Shown here in pieces: positions 47,205-56,521 of a DNA stretch of 64,000 nt. The translations under genes were made by a program, and so were the position numbers. The stretch lies in the sequence record PP496439.1. One strand, 5' to 3'. Every line of letters starts with the position of its first letter. The first letter of the stretch is position 1. The notes beneath the pieces are model-generated. The model was not told the origin of the DNA and did not search any database. It worked only from the letters and a program-made list of their open reading frames with translations.

Positions 47205-47525
47205 ATGGCTAAAGACAGATTCCTGATCTACTCCAAAAACTGCTTAGGGTGTAAACACCTCGTTGATGGAGCCAAGAAGACCTACACTGCGTGTCACTAC
47301 AGTGAAGGCAACGAACGCTGCCCCGCGCAGTACGTCCAGATTATTACGGGTGTGGATATCCATGCCTTGGCTACTGAGTTGGCAGACGCCATCAGGGCTA
47401 ACAATTCCAAGAAGTACGATCGGGTGAATGCCAAGATCGGTAAATTGGACACTGTGATTGCCAGCAGCGTGAAGCTGGCCGCAGACAACCTAATAGCAGG
47501 GGCCGGTGATGGCGAAGGTAAATAG
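47205..47525 (+). CDS. Small Cys/His (zinc-binding?) protein
   Basis: CLGC...CH...C; GAGG RBS; overlaps the topoisomerase B start. Confidence 0.65.
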   Translation: MAKDRFLIYSKNCLGCKHLVDGAKKTYTACHYSEGNERCPAQYVQIITGVDIHALATELADAIRANNSKKYDRVNAKIGKLDTVIASSVKLAADNLIAGAGDGEGK

Positions 47526-49479
47526 TAAGCAGGAAGGTTACAGCGCGGATAGCGTTCGGGCGCTGACCGGTCTGGAAGTAATCCGCAACAACATCTCGAT
47601 GTACATCGGGTCCACTGACTCTGACGCACTGTTCACTCTGGCTCGCGAACCGTTGGATAACGCGGTGGACGAGGCGCTGGCTGGTCGTAACGATGAAGTG
47701 TTCTTCCGTGCACACGGCACATGGAAAGGTTCAGCGTTCACGCCGACCGTCATGCTGATCGCAGACAATGGCACCGGTATCCCGATTGAGAAGCCGAAGG
47801 GTGAGACGCGTTCCGCACTGGAGATCGTGACCAGTCACGTGCACGGCGGCGGCAAGTTCAAAGACGCAGGCGCATACGCTGCATCGATTGGTACGCACGG
47901 CGTTGGTATCAAGGCAACCAACGCCCTGTCCTCCTCGTTCTCGGCGTACACGTTCCGCAACAAGAAGTGGCACGTGATTCACTACAAAGATTCCAAGTTG
48001 GTCAAGCCGCCAGCGGAAGCCAGCGCACTAGAACTGAAGTCGCTGTGGGGTGAGCTGGGTGAGACCCGGAAGCGCGGCACCGTCATTCGCTTCTCTCCAG
48101 ACTACAGCTTCTTCGACAAGGGCTCGTTCCTGTCCATTGCAGACCTGACCCACTGGTTCGAGCTGCGCGCCTACTTCAACTCAGGCATCAAGTTCCGCAT
48201 GGAGTATTCCCAGTCCAAGAAGGAAGACTTCAAGGTACTGGAGTTCTACCACGATGATGGTCTGAACGACTACATGAAGATGCGCTTGAAGGAACTCAAG
48301 TGTGAGCTGATGACCGACAACCACTTCTCGGTCCACACGCCGCATCTTGACGTGATCCTCGCATTCAGTGACGCCGATGGCTGCAAGGTGGACAGCTACA
48401 CCAACACCATGTACAACTCTGTAGGCGGCAACCACCAGCGCTCCACGTTCAACATGATCTCCGACGCGCTGGCGCCGTACGCAGGCAAGCACGACTTCCA
48501 CAAGGACGACATTCGGGAAGGTGTGGTCGGCCTGATCAACTTCAAGATCGACACGCCGAAGTTCGCCAGTCAGACCAAGGAACGTTTGGCTGACCCCCGC
48601 TTTGAGATCCTGTGCACCGAGGAACTGGAGCAAGCACTCGCCAAGTTCTTCAAGAAGAACAAGGAGCTGGCACAGCAACTCTGTGAGCGTGCGGCTCGAC
48701 TGCGTAGTCTCAAGGAGCAGTTCAGCCTGACCAAGAAGGCAGCTGGCGCCCTCAAGAAGATGCGCACTGGTTCCAACCTCCTGCCGGGTAAGCTGACCGA
48801 GGTGAAGGAATGCCCGGTAGCTGAACGTGAACTGTTCACAGTGGAAGGTGACTCCGCTGCAGGTACTGCCAAGTCCGCCCGGATGAAGAGCCCGTATCGC
48901 TATCAGGAGACGTTGGCCCTCAAGGGTAAGATCCTGAACGTGATCAAGGAAGTCCAGAAGGGTAAGGGTGACGCTATCTGGGATTCCGTGGAGGTGCAGT
49001 GCATCTTGGTGTCCATGGGCTACAAGCCGGAATCCAAAGATCCTCTCAAGGACTTGCGCATCGGCAAGTTCATCATCATGGCAGACGCCGACGATGACGG
49101 TGCCCACATCGCCATGCTGCAGATCGCCCTGATCGCCAAGTTCTTGCCCGCCATGTTCGACATGGGCATGGTGTACATCGCTGACCTGCCGAAGCGCATG
49201 GTGACAATCAAGGAGAAGGGTCGGGACAAGATGTACTTCGGCAACACGGTCGATGAAATCCAAAAGCAGATCCCTCATATCAAGAACCCACCTATCGTGT
49301 ACCTGAAAGGGCTGGGTGAGATGAGTGAAAACGCTTTGCGTGAGACGGCGTTCGACCCGGCCACCCGCAAGCTGATCAAGATCATGCCCGCGTCTGCCAG
49401 TGAACTGCTGGACATCGACCGACTCATGGGCGTAGATACGAGCGAGCGTAAGCGCTTGCTGGGCATCGAGTCGGAATAA
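47506..49479 (+). CDS. gyrB: Type IIA DNA topoisomerase subunit B (GHKL ATPase + TOPRIM)
   Basis: EPLDNAVDE, DNGTGIP, HGGGKF, GTHGVG, VEGDSA, LKGKILN, MADADDDG, YLKGLGEM. Confidence 0.95.
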   Translation: MMAKVNSKQEGYSADSVRALTGLEVIRNNISMYIGSTDSDALFTLAREPLDNAVDEALAGRNDEVFFRAHGTWKGSAFTPTVMLIADNGTGIPIEKPKGETRSALEIVTSHVHGGGKFKDAGAYAASIGTHGVGIKATNALSSSFSAYTFRNKKWHVIHYKDSKLVKPPAEASALELKSLWGELGETRKRGTVIRFSPDYSFFDKGSFLSIADLTHWFELRAYFNSGIKFRMEYSQSKKEDFKVLEFYHDDGLNDYMKMRLKELKCELMTDNHFSVHTPHLDVILAFSDADGCKVDSYTNTMYNSVGGNHQRSTFNMISDALAPYAGKHDFHKDDIREGVVGLINFKIDTPKFASQTKERLADPRFEILCTEELEQALAKFFKKNKELAQQLCERAARLRSLKEQFSLTKKAAGALKKMRTGSNLLPGKLTEVKECPVAERELFTVEGDSAAGTAKSARMKSPYRYQETLALKGKILNVIKEVQKGKGDAIWDSVEVQCILVSMGYKPESKDPLKDLRIGKFIIMADADDDGAHIAMLQIALIAKFLPAMFDMGMVYIADLPKRMVTIKEKGRDKMYFGNTVDEIQKQIPHIKNPPIVYLKGLGEMSENALRETAFDPATRKLIKIMPASASELLDIDRLMGVDTSERKRLLGIESE

Positions 49480-49564
49480 TCCGCCCCATTGCATACCCCG
49501 ATCCGTTGCGCCCCGCCTGGAGCGTTATACGCGGTCGGGTAAATGCTGGGTAGTGAGGTGAGTC

Positions 49565-49780
49565 TTGCGCAATACAACGATGAAGTCGGTCAAGTGCACG
49601 ACGTGCAAAGGTGAGGGATTCACGGTGGACACGTCTCGGTCCAAAGGATCGATGGATGAACAGATCAACAAGTGCTACACGTGCAAAGGCGAGAAAGTAG
49701 TAATCGTCAAGATTGTTGATCCGTCCCCGGAAGATCAAGTCAATCCGTACGCTGCCCTATACGAACAGGATAAGAAGTAA
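49565..49780 (+). CDS. Small DnaJ-type zinc-finger protein
   Basis: CTTCKGEG and CYTCKGEK. Confidence 0.65.
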   Translation: MRNTTMKSVKCTTCKGEGFTVDTSRSKGSMDEQINKCYTCKGEKVVIVKIVDPSPEDQVNPYAALYEQDKK

Positions 49781-51288
49781 TGGCGAAGGTAATCAGCAAG
49801 ACGAAACTGGCCAAGGCTAAAAGTGGTATCGCGGCAGACCTGAACATCCGGGAAGTACCGCTTCTGGAATGGTCCATTGATGCCTACATCGGCACGTACG
49901 CCACCATGACGTTGGCAGACCGAGCCATCCCGGATATGTACGATGGTCTGATGCCATCCGAGCGTCGAGCCATCTGGGCTGCTCACGTAGTAGGGGCCAC
50001 CCCGGATAAGAAGTTCATGAAGTCTGCCCGTGTGGTAGGTGACATGATCGGTAAGTTCCACCCGCATGGTGATACCTCAGCGTACGGCACCGTGGTCAAG
50101 AGCGTGAAGCATGTGAGCAATCCGTACTTCCTCGGCCAAGGTAACTGGGGCACGTTCGAAGATCCGAAGGGTTTCGCCGCAATGCGATACACCGAGACTA
50201 AGTTGTCCAAGTACGCCATGCAGGTGTTGCTGGACAGTGACTATCTCGCGGTCACCGAGATGATCCCCAACTATGACGGATCGCTGGAAGAGCCATTCAT
50301 CCTGCCCGCACTGCTCCCCAACCTGCTGCTCAATGGTTCCTATGGCGTGGCTACCGGGGCCACCACCTACTGTCCGTCGTTCGAAGCGGAAGGCGTAATC
50401 ACGCTGATCCAGAAGCTGCTCAAAGGTCGTAAGCTCAAAGCCCGCGACTGCATGGCTAGCCTGGTGTTCGATAATCCGTACGGCGGCTACGCGGTCATTG
50501 ACGAAGATGACGAAGAGAGTACGGAGGAACTGGTCGCCCTGTTCGAAGGTGGGCAAGGACGGGTCTACTACTCTTGCGATTACGAGTTGCTGGAGGATGA
50601 GCATGCCGCGTACATCCGAGGCTTCGTCCCCTACCAGTCGATCCTCAAGGGTGTTGAGAAGATCGCGGAGGACGAACGGGTAGCCAGCATCATCGATGAT
50701 TCAGATATCGATGACAACGGGAAAGGGTTCATCGCCTACAAGATCATTTTCAAGCGCAGCGTCAGCAAGATGATGTTGCAGGAAGTGGCGGATGATGTTC
50801 TGAGTGTCTTCGACAAGATGCAGAACTTCAAGATGAACGTCAACGAACGGGCCTGGAACGAGTACGAAGGAAAGGCCGACTGTAAATTCGGGATGATGGG
50901 CGTCGTCGGTATCCTCGAGAAGTGGGTCGCATGGCGACTGGCGTTGGAACAACGCTATCTGGAGTACAAGACCACAAGGCTGGAACAACGTAACTGGTCG
51001 CTTGACCTGTTGATCCTCGCGGGCAACTCCATTGACATCATCGCTGCTGGCCTGAAGCGTGACGACACCGAAGACTACATCAAGTCCAAGTTGAAGATCG
51101 ATGACGATCAGGTGGCCTACATCCTTGAACGTAAGGTGGCCCAACTCAAGAAGCTTAATCAGGACAAGTTGAAGGCAGAGCACAAAGCCAACTTGGCCCA
51201 GATGAAGCTGAACAAGGAGTGGATCAAGACTCCAGAGGTTCCTGTGGCGGCACAACTAAAAGACTTCGCCAAGACACTGGCTGAGTAA
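49780..51288 (+). CDS. gyrA: Type IIA DNA topoisomerase subunit A, lacking the C-terminal pinwheel
   Basis: DGLMPSERR, KSARVVG, GKFHPHGD, AAMRYTE, LLLNGSYGVATG; only 502 aa. Confidence 0.93.
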   Translation: MAKVISKTKLAKAKSGIAADLNIREVPLLEWSIDAYIGTYATMTLADRAIPDMYDGLMPSERRAIWAAHVVGATPDKKFMKSARVVGDMIGKFHPHGDTSAYGTVVKSVKHVSNPYFLGQGNWGTFEDPKGFAAMRYTETKLSKYAMQVLLDSDYLAVTEMIPNYDGSLEEPFILPALLPNLLLNGSYGVATGATTYCPSFEAEGVITLIQKLLKGRKLKARDCMASLVFDNPYGGYAVIDEDDEESTEELVALFEGGQGRVYYSCDYELLEDEHAAYIRGFVPYQSILKGVEKIAEDERVASIIDDSDIDDNGKGFIAYKIIFKRSVSKMMLQEVADDVLSVFDKMQNFKMNVNERAWNEYEGKADCKFGMMGVVGILEKWVAWRLALEQRYLEYKTTRLEQRNWSLDLLILAGNSIDIIAAGLKRDDTEDYIKSKLKIDDDQVAYILERKVAQLKKLNQDKLKAEHKANLAQMKLNKEWIKTPEVPVAAQLKDFAKTLAE

Positions 51289-51315
51289 CCCAATCCGAAA
51301 CATGAGGCACATCCC

Positions 51316-52008
51316 ATGGCGAGCACGCTGGGCATTAAAGAAGCACAAGACATACTGGGGCTGGAACCGGGCGCTGACCTTGCCGATGTCAAAAAGGCCG
51401 TACGCAAGCTGTGTCAGAAGTTCCACCCGGACAAGGAAGGCGGCGACCCTGAGATGTTCCGGCGTGTGCGGGAAGCCGGGGAAGTGCTGGAGGAAATTCT
51501 GGCGGATCACGACATCATCCCAAATGAAGAATACCTGGACGCGCTCAGCTACGTCATCACCATGCTTGGCCAGAAGTACGTGGCGGCTGAGATGAACGGG
51601 ATGAATGCCCGGCGTCGTGTCGCGATCAAGATGACCAACGACGTGTTCAGCTTCCACAACCTGCAGCAAGCGGCTTTCGCAGCGGCAGCACCACCCAGTG
51701 CAGAGTCCTACGTGTTGAACGAACTCGAACAAGAGATCAAAGTCAACATCGATGAGTTCGACGCCTCAATCGAACGGCACTCCGTTCAGGGTAAAGGGCT
51801 ACGAATGCTGATGCAGAACATGCGGGCGCCTAAGATGGCGTACTCCGTGTGGCAAGACGCTCGGGACTCCTTGGCGCAGGCCATTCGCCAGCAACGCAAC
51901 AACATCCGCATGGCTAAGCTCAGGTTGCAAGCACTGCAAGAGTTCGAAGCCATCCAGCACAAGCGTAAGCAGGAAGCCATTCGTCTGGCTCACGGGGTGC
52001 GTTCATGA
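51316..52008 (+). CDS. J-domain (DnaJ-like) protein
   Basis: ILGL...VKKAVRKLCQKFHPDKEGGDPEMF. Confidence 0.85.
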   Translation: MASTLGIKEAQDILGLEPGADLADVKKAVRKLCQKFHPDKEGGDPEMFRRVREAGEVLEEILADHDIIPNEEYLDALSYVITMLGQKYVAAEMNGMNARRRVAIKMTNDVFSFHNLQQAAFAAAAPPSAESYVLNELEQEIKVNIDEFDASIERHSVQGKGLRMLMQNMRAPKMAYSVWQDARDSLAQAIRQQRNNIRMAKLRLQALQEFEAIQHKRKQEAIRLAHGVRS

Positions 52009-52616
52009 TCTCGGAACAGATGCTGCATTGGTTGAAGACCTCAGCCCCATGGAGACCTGTGCTGATCGTGGATATCGACGGTGTGATCTTGAACAACGAA
52101 CATCGTCTGCATCATATCGTGCACACGGTGGACGGCGTTCAGGTTAACCGTACGGATGCGGACTGGGAAGCCTTCCACGCCAAAGGTTCCATGGATACGC
52201 CGGGTGCGGCAGCAGCATTCATCGAGGCATGTTCCACTACATTCACTCCGATCTTCGTTACCGCCCGTGTGGCCTTTGGTGAGCAGCGCAAGCACGTGCA
52301 CGATATGCTGGTTAAGACGTTGCCCAAGATCAAGGACAACAACTGGCGTACGGGTTGCCCGTCCAAGGATGAGATCTTCCCGTTGTTCATGCGGGCGCCC
52401 AACGAGAACTGGGACACGCAGAAGGTGGGCGGTGGGGACGCCATCGTGCACCACTCTGATTACAAGCGAGTGGCAATCCAGTGGCTTCGGACTCAAGGTA
52501 TTAACCCCATGGCGGGTCTGGATGACTCCCTTACCATTTGCAAGATGTTCGCGGAGGAAGGCCTCCTGAGCTTGCGAGTTCACAACCACGTAGCAGACGC
52601 GGCGCTGATGCGCTGA
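52005..52616 (+). CDS. HAD-superfamily phosphatase (PNKP phosphatase-like)
   Basis: IVDIDGVI, FVTAR, LFMR, YK, GLDDS. Confidence 0.8.
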   Translation: MISEQMLHWLKTSAPWRPVLIVDIDGVILNNEHRLHHIVHTVDGVQVNRTDADWEAFHAKGSMDTPGAAAAFIEACSTTFTPIFVTARVAFGEQRKHVHDMLVKTLPKIKDNNWRTGCPSKDEIFPLFMRAPNENWDTQKVGGGDAIVHHSDYKRVAIQWLRTQGINPMAGLDDSLTICKMFAEEGLLSLRVHNHVADAALMR

Positions 52617-52626
52617 GGATAAGAAC

Positions 52627-52908
52627 ATGAAGACTGAACAAGAAATGCAGCGCACCAAGGTTTCCCAATCAATGGCCGCTCTTCTGAACGATGCCGTCGG
52701 TGGATCGATAGGACCTTCGTTGCGTGACCTGGGCAATGCGGTCATGGGTAAACCGAAACACAAGCGCAAGGTGATGAACCGAGCGATCAAGCGGGTCAAT
52801 GCCATCGTCTCCAAACACGGCGTGTGCCCAAAGGTTCTGGCGCCGGTCCGCTTCGTGTCGTCCAAGAAGGACGTGTTCAAACTGGCTAAGATCAAATCGA
52901 TCTGCTAA
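52627..52908 (+). CDS. Hypothetical basic protein
   Basis: GAGGA RBS. Confidence 0.6.
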   Translation: MKTEQEMQRTKVSQSMAALLNDAVGGSIGPSLRDLGNAVMGKPKHKRKVMNRAIKRVNAIVSKHGVCPKVLAPVRFVSSKKDVFKLAKIKSIC

Positions 52909-52922
52909 TCGAGGGCAAGACC

Positions 52923-53063
52923 ATGAATGACTATCCCGTGTATCCGTACCACTCTGCACAGGCAAAAGATTTTCGTAAGAACTTCGCAGAGGCACGTGCC
53001 GCTGGACTCCCTGAGTTCACGTGGGAAGGTCGACGTTACACCACCAAACGAGCAGACGATTAA
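52923..53063 (+). CDS. Small protein, 46 aa (below track cutoff)
   Basis: Hand translation MNDYPVYPYHSAQAKDFRKNFAEARAAGLPEFTWEGRRYTTKRADD; GAGG RBS. Confidence 0.6.
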   Translation: MNDYPVYPYHSAQAKDFRKNFAEARAAGLPEFTWEGRRYTTKRADD

Positions 53064-53100
53064 ACCAATGCCCGGCCTAACCGTCGGGCATTGTCGCCTG

Positions 53101-53130
53101 TTGACATCCCGCTTCGACGTGTGGCATACT
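53101..53130 (+). promoter_or_regulatory. Sigma70-type promoter
   Basis: TTGACA-18 bp-CATACT with TG extension. Confidence 0.6.
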
Positions 53131-53199
53131 GGCACCATGGGGCTACCATGGCCCCGGAAATGCTGGACCGACCAGCCACTGTCCTAAGAGGAATGCACC

Positions 53200-53622
53200 A
53201 TGCCCAAGCCCGTACCGACCCTGTTCATGAAGGCCCCGTTCGAACTCGTCTGGGGTAAACCGGAGGATGGCAACGAACTGCCGGGATCTCCGTTTGACGG
53301 CATCAACGTCAAAGGCAATGACTACGCTGCCAGCGCACAAGATCTGATGCTGCTGCACACGATGGTCGATGACTGGGCCTTCGTTCGCTTCACCGTGTTC
53401 GGCTTCGAGTTGACTCTGGATCAGATGCTGATGCTTTGCTGGTGGGAAGACAAGTGCCCGGCACACTGGTCAATGGCAGAGCATGTGGACAATCCCCAGG
53501 TTAATACTGCCAGTCATAATGAGGCAACTCTCGCCCAGCGCTGTGCCCAGATTCTTTCAGTGGCATTGGGTAGCGCGGGAAATTGCATTCTTGATATCGA
53601 GTCAAATCCCAGCAAGGTCTAA
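53200..53622 (+). CDS. Hypothetical protein
   Basis: AAGAGGA RBS. Confidence 0.65.
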   Translation: MPKPVPTLFMKAPFELVWGKPEDGNELPGSPFDGINVKGNDYAASAQDLMLLHTMVDDWAFVRFTVFGFELTLDQMLMLCWWEDKCPAHWSMAEHVDNPQVNTASHNEATLAQRCAQILSVALGSAGNCILDIESNPSKV

Positions 53623-53630
53623 TTCACACA

Positions 53631-53648
53631 CGGACCTTTCGGGGTCCG
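53631..53648 (+). terminator. Hairpin (possible terminator or processing site)
   Basis: CGGACCT-TTCG-GGGTCCG with a weak T tail. Confidence 0.45.
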
Positions 53649-53678
53649 TTCACTTTCTGTCCCAAAGAGGAATGCAAC

Positions 53679-54035
53679 ATGAGCAGAGCACCCGTCCGCA
53701 ATAAGGTCTACACGTATGGCGAAATCATCGACGATCTGTTCCTGCGTGACACCCCGTGTCTTATGGTGTACGTCGGTGATGGGGGTAGCCCGATCAAGAG
53801 CTACTATCCCGTCAACTCTGATCTCACTTACGAGGAACTGCGTAAGCTGCCGGGCTGGGAAGACAGCCGCTGGACGTTCGTTCGTGAGACCAGTGAATGG
53901 ATTCCAGTCTTCCACTGGGACAATGATCAAGGTAGCCCGACGCAACTGGTGCAGGTGAACCGTAGTGAGTACTACGATCTGGAGCACACGTCCATGGATC
54001 GTCTTATCGTAACACCGAAAGAGGCAGCTCGATGA
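53679..54035 (+). CDS. Hypothetical protein
   Basis: AAGAGGA RBS. Confidence 0.65.
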   Translation: MSRAPVRNKVYTYGEIIDDLFLRDTPCLMVYVGDGGSPIKSYYPVNSDLTYEELRKLPGWEDSRWTFVRETSEWIPVFHWDNDQGSPTQLVQVNRSEYYDLEHTSMDRLIVTPKEAAR

Positions 54036-54526
54036 AGATCCAACGGATTGAAAAGACTACAGTAACTGATCTGATGCTCCGTGCGTTGGATCAAGGGTTC
54101 TTAGTCAGCTCGTATCACGACAAGAAGAAACGTCCTGTGGTCATGGTGGTGCGTATCCATGAGGACAAGATGAAACTGGTCAGTCATACGACGGGCAAGA
54201 GCTACGTCCACATGCTGGTTCAGTCGCTCGCTGATTCGCACGCCCTGTTCCCCGGCGTTCGGGACGTAGATGCACCCGTGGCTAAGAAAGACCTTACCCC
54301 ACTGCTGGTGCAGGCAATGGAACGCGGATTCCGTGTTCACGGCGGCGGTCCATGGGAGAAAGGTGACACCACCTATTCAGTGATGATCTCACGGGATACT
54401 GACACCGAGGTCCTTATCCTCGCAGCTGCGACGGAACCAGATCACTGCGACGCGCTGGAGACGGCGTTGACACGGGCGCTGGAGCGCTTCGGCCAGGTAG
54501 TCCCGATCACCAAAAATAAAGTTTGA
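54032..54526 (+). CDS. Hypothetical protein
   Basis: ATGA coupling; two internal LMLRALDQGF/LVQAMERGF-like halves. Confidence 0.6.
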   Translation: MKIQRIEKTTVTDLMLRALDQGFLVSSYHDKKKRPVVMVVRIHEDKMKLVSHTTGKSYVHMLVQSLADSHALFPGVRDVDAPVAKKDLTPLLVQAMERGFRVHGGGPWEKGDTTYSVMISRDTDTEVLILAAATEPDHCDALETALTRALERFGQVVPITKNKV

Positions 54527-54551
54527 CAGCCAAAACTGTCTCTGGTACAAT
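54523..54551 (+). promoter_or_regulatory. Sigma70-type promoter
   Basis: TTGACA-17 bp-TACAAT. Confidence 0.85.
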
Positions 54552-54601
54552 GTATGTGCCGCGCCGTAAAGCGGCACACTACCCGAAGTGAAGGAACCGA
54601 G

Positions 54602-55504
54602 ATGACCAAAACATTAGCGCTGGCTCCTATGGAGAAAGCAAACCTGATACAGGACGCTGAGTTCGCCGCGACCGCCATCAAAGAGTTGCTCACCCTGCTG
54701 ATCGAGACCACTACCGAGTTGAAGAAAGAGCACGAAGACCCAATGTCTGCGGCCAAAGCTCGGTGTGATGAGTTGAATAAGACGGTGACCAAGATTGTGT
54801 CGTCGCACAACGCCAAGAACCCTGAATTCATGTTGGCTATCGAGTCTGTGACCCGAGTGATCAACCATACCGTCTCAATCATGGACTTGACCAAACGTCG
54901 AGGATTGAGAGTCGGTAAACCCTATCTCCTAAGCTACAAGAAAGAGCTGGCTGGCAAGCTAGTTCAACTCGTAGACTTTCATCAGTTCTCTAAAGGACTG
55001 CCCGTAAAAGGGACGAAAGACGCCTTGTCTGATACCGTGGTAGCACTCGCCGCCGATGCCGACAGCATCGATGCAAAGGTGAAGGCTAGCTCGGACAACT
55101 CCAAGAACCCTGTGTTCATGATGGAGATGAATATCGTCCCGCCGTTCAACTACTTCTACGTACAACCCCGCAAGTTCCTGCTCCACAAGCTCGCCTTCGA
55201 CCGCATCGGCAAAGGTGACAACAGCGACTTCATCGTGCTGAAGAAGCAAAAGGTTCTGGTGGTGGACAACGTTGCCGCCGAGAACTACAAGATGGAACCG
55301 CTGGAGCTGGCCGCTACGCTGATCGAAGCCATCAATCTGAAACGCCCCGCTGGCACATCAGAGCTGGCGATGGTGATGGAAGAACATGCGTCACTCAAAG
55401 GCAGTTCAGGCTACACGTTCTACTGGGTGGTTCCTCTGCCCACGCTTCACGTGCTGCAACCCATCATCGGCCAAGGTACCCTCGCTTGGGGCTTGGCAGT
55501 CTAA
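54602..55504 (+). CDS. Hypothetical protein (start corrected to MTKTLA)
   Basis: AAGGA RBS; helical N-terminus. Confidence 0.7.
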   Translation: MTKTLALAPMEKANLIQDAEFAATAIKELLTLLIETTTELKKEHEDPMSAAKARCDELNKTVTKIVSSHNAKNPEFMLAIESVTRVINHTVSIMDLTKRRGLRVGKPYLLSYKKELAGKLVQLVDFHQFSKGLPVKGTKDALSDTVVALAADADSIDAKVKASSDNSKNPVFMMEMNIVPPFNYFYVQPRKFLLHKLAFDRIGKGDNSDFIVLKKQKVLVVDNVAAENYKMEPLELAATLIEAINLKRPAGTSELAMVMEEHASLKGSSGYTFYWVVPLPTLHVLQPIIGQGTLAWGLAV

Positions 55505-55534
55505 TCCGTTCACCCACCATAAAGAGTAATTGAA

Positions 55535-56041
55535 ATGGCAAAAGGTAAAACCCCGCTGTATCTGAGCTACATTGACACCATCAATGGTCTGCTCAACTCC
55601 ATCAAGTTCTCCGCAGAACTGCCGGTGCACAAGAAGTCCATCGACCGCTCGGGCCGTAACGTCGAGTGGTTGCGCAAGGGTATCAAACGTGGTAAGCTGA
55701 CTATCCCCGGCGTCGATATCGGCAACGAGTTCTGGAAGCTGGCCCAACTGCTCGAGGTGGAAGCTCCGGTCTACGGCACAGACGTTGTTCCTGTGATGAC
55801 TGCTGTAGACCTTGGTAAGAAAGAGAGCGGTGGGTTGAAGCCTGGTGAGTTCGCCACCGTCTCGGCAACCACGGACCCGTCCAAGTCTGAAGTAGCTCTG
55901 AGCAGTATCGAGCAACGTGAAGGTCGTATCCCTGCGCATAAGCGTTCGATCAGCAAGAGCCGTCACTTCGCCGAGAACTACGGCACCAATGCAGACGTGA
56001 CGGCTAGCACCAAGACCCTCGACAAGTATGAAACCCGCTAA
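55535..56041 (+). CDS. Hypothetical protein
   Basis: Packed plus-strand run. Confidence 0.65.
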   Translation: MAKGKTPLYLSYIDTINGLLNSIKFSAELPVHKKSIDRSGRNVEWLRKGIKRGKLTIPGVDIGNEFWKLAQLLEVEAPVYGTDVVPVMTAVDLGKKESGGLKPGEFATVSATTDPSKSEVALSSIEQREGRIPAHKRSISKSRHFAENYGTNADVTASTKTLDKYETR

Positions 56042-56519
56042 TCTCAAAGCTCTCGGGATTGACACCCGACCCGGAGCGATGAACATTCCAGATGGAACGT
56101 GCTGGGTGTGCCCGGCGGTAGCGGGGCTGGAAGACCATCACATCATTCCGCGACACTGTGGGGGTGAAGGTGGGCCACAAGTCAGATTGTGCGGCGTGTG
56201 CCATACGTCGATCCACAATCTGGCCAACAACAAGAAAGTGCTGGCGCAAGAGATTGAACCGCTGGAGATCCATGAGTACAACAAGGCTTGGTCCGACGCG
56301 CTGATGTTGCGTAAAGGTCATGCACTGGCGTATGTCATTGCGAAGTCCAACAAGGTGACGAAGGGGGACGCCAACAGGAAGGTTAAGTTCGCCACCACGT
56401 TCGACGGACTCACCAGCAGGCAGTTGAAGCAACTCAAGAAGAGCATGGGCTGCACAAGCCTTGACCAAACAATAGTGACGTTGATAAAACAGGCCCACGG
56501 GCGACTGTTTAGGGGATAG
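56028..56519 (+). CDS. HNH endonuclease
   Basis: CWVC...EDHHIIPRHCGG...LCGVCHTSIH. Confidence 0.85.
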   Translation: MKPANLKALGIDTRPGAMNIPDGTCWVCPAVAGLEDHHIIPRHCGGEGGPQVRLCGVCHTSIHNLANNKKVLAQEIEPLEIHEYNKAWSDALMLRKGHALAYVIAKSNKVTKGDANRKVKFATTFDGLTSRQLKQLKKSMGCTSLDQTIVTLIKQAHGRLFRG

Positions 56520-56521
56520 AG

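Noticed and set aside
47518-47523. GTAAAT at the topoisomerase B start (also ~44090, ~45075, ~47440)
   Set aside because: Inside coding sequence with no gene start downstream; probably chance.
56028-56519. Group I intron or intein associated with the HNH gene
   Set aside because: Flanking ORFs are separate genes with their own starts and stops; no split conserved gene or intein motifs were seen in the topoisomerase, helicase or ligase.
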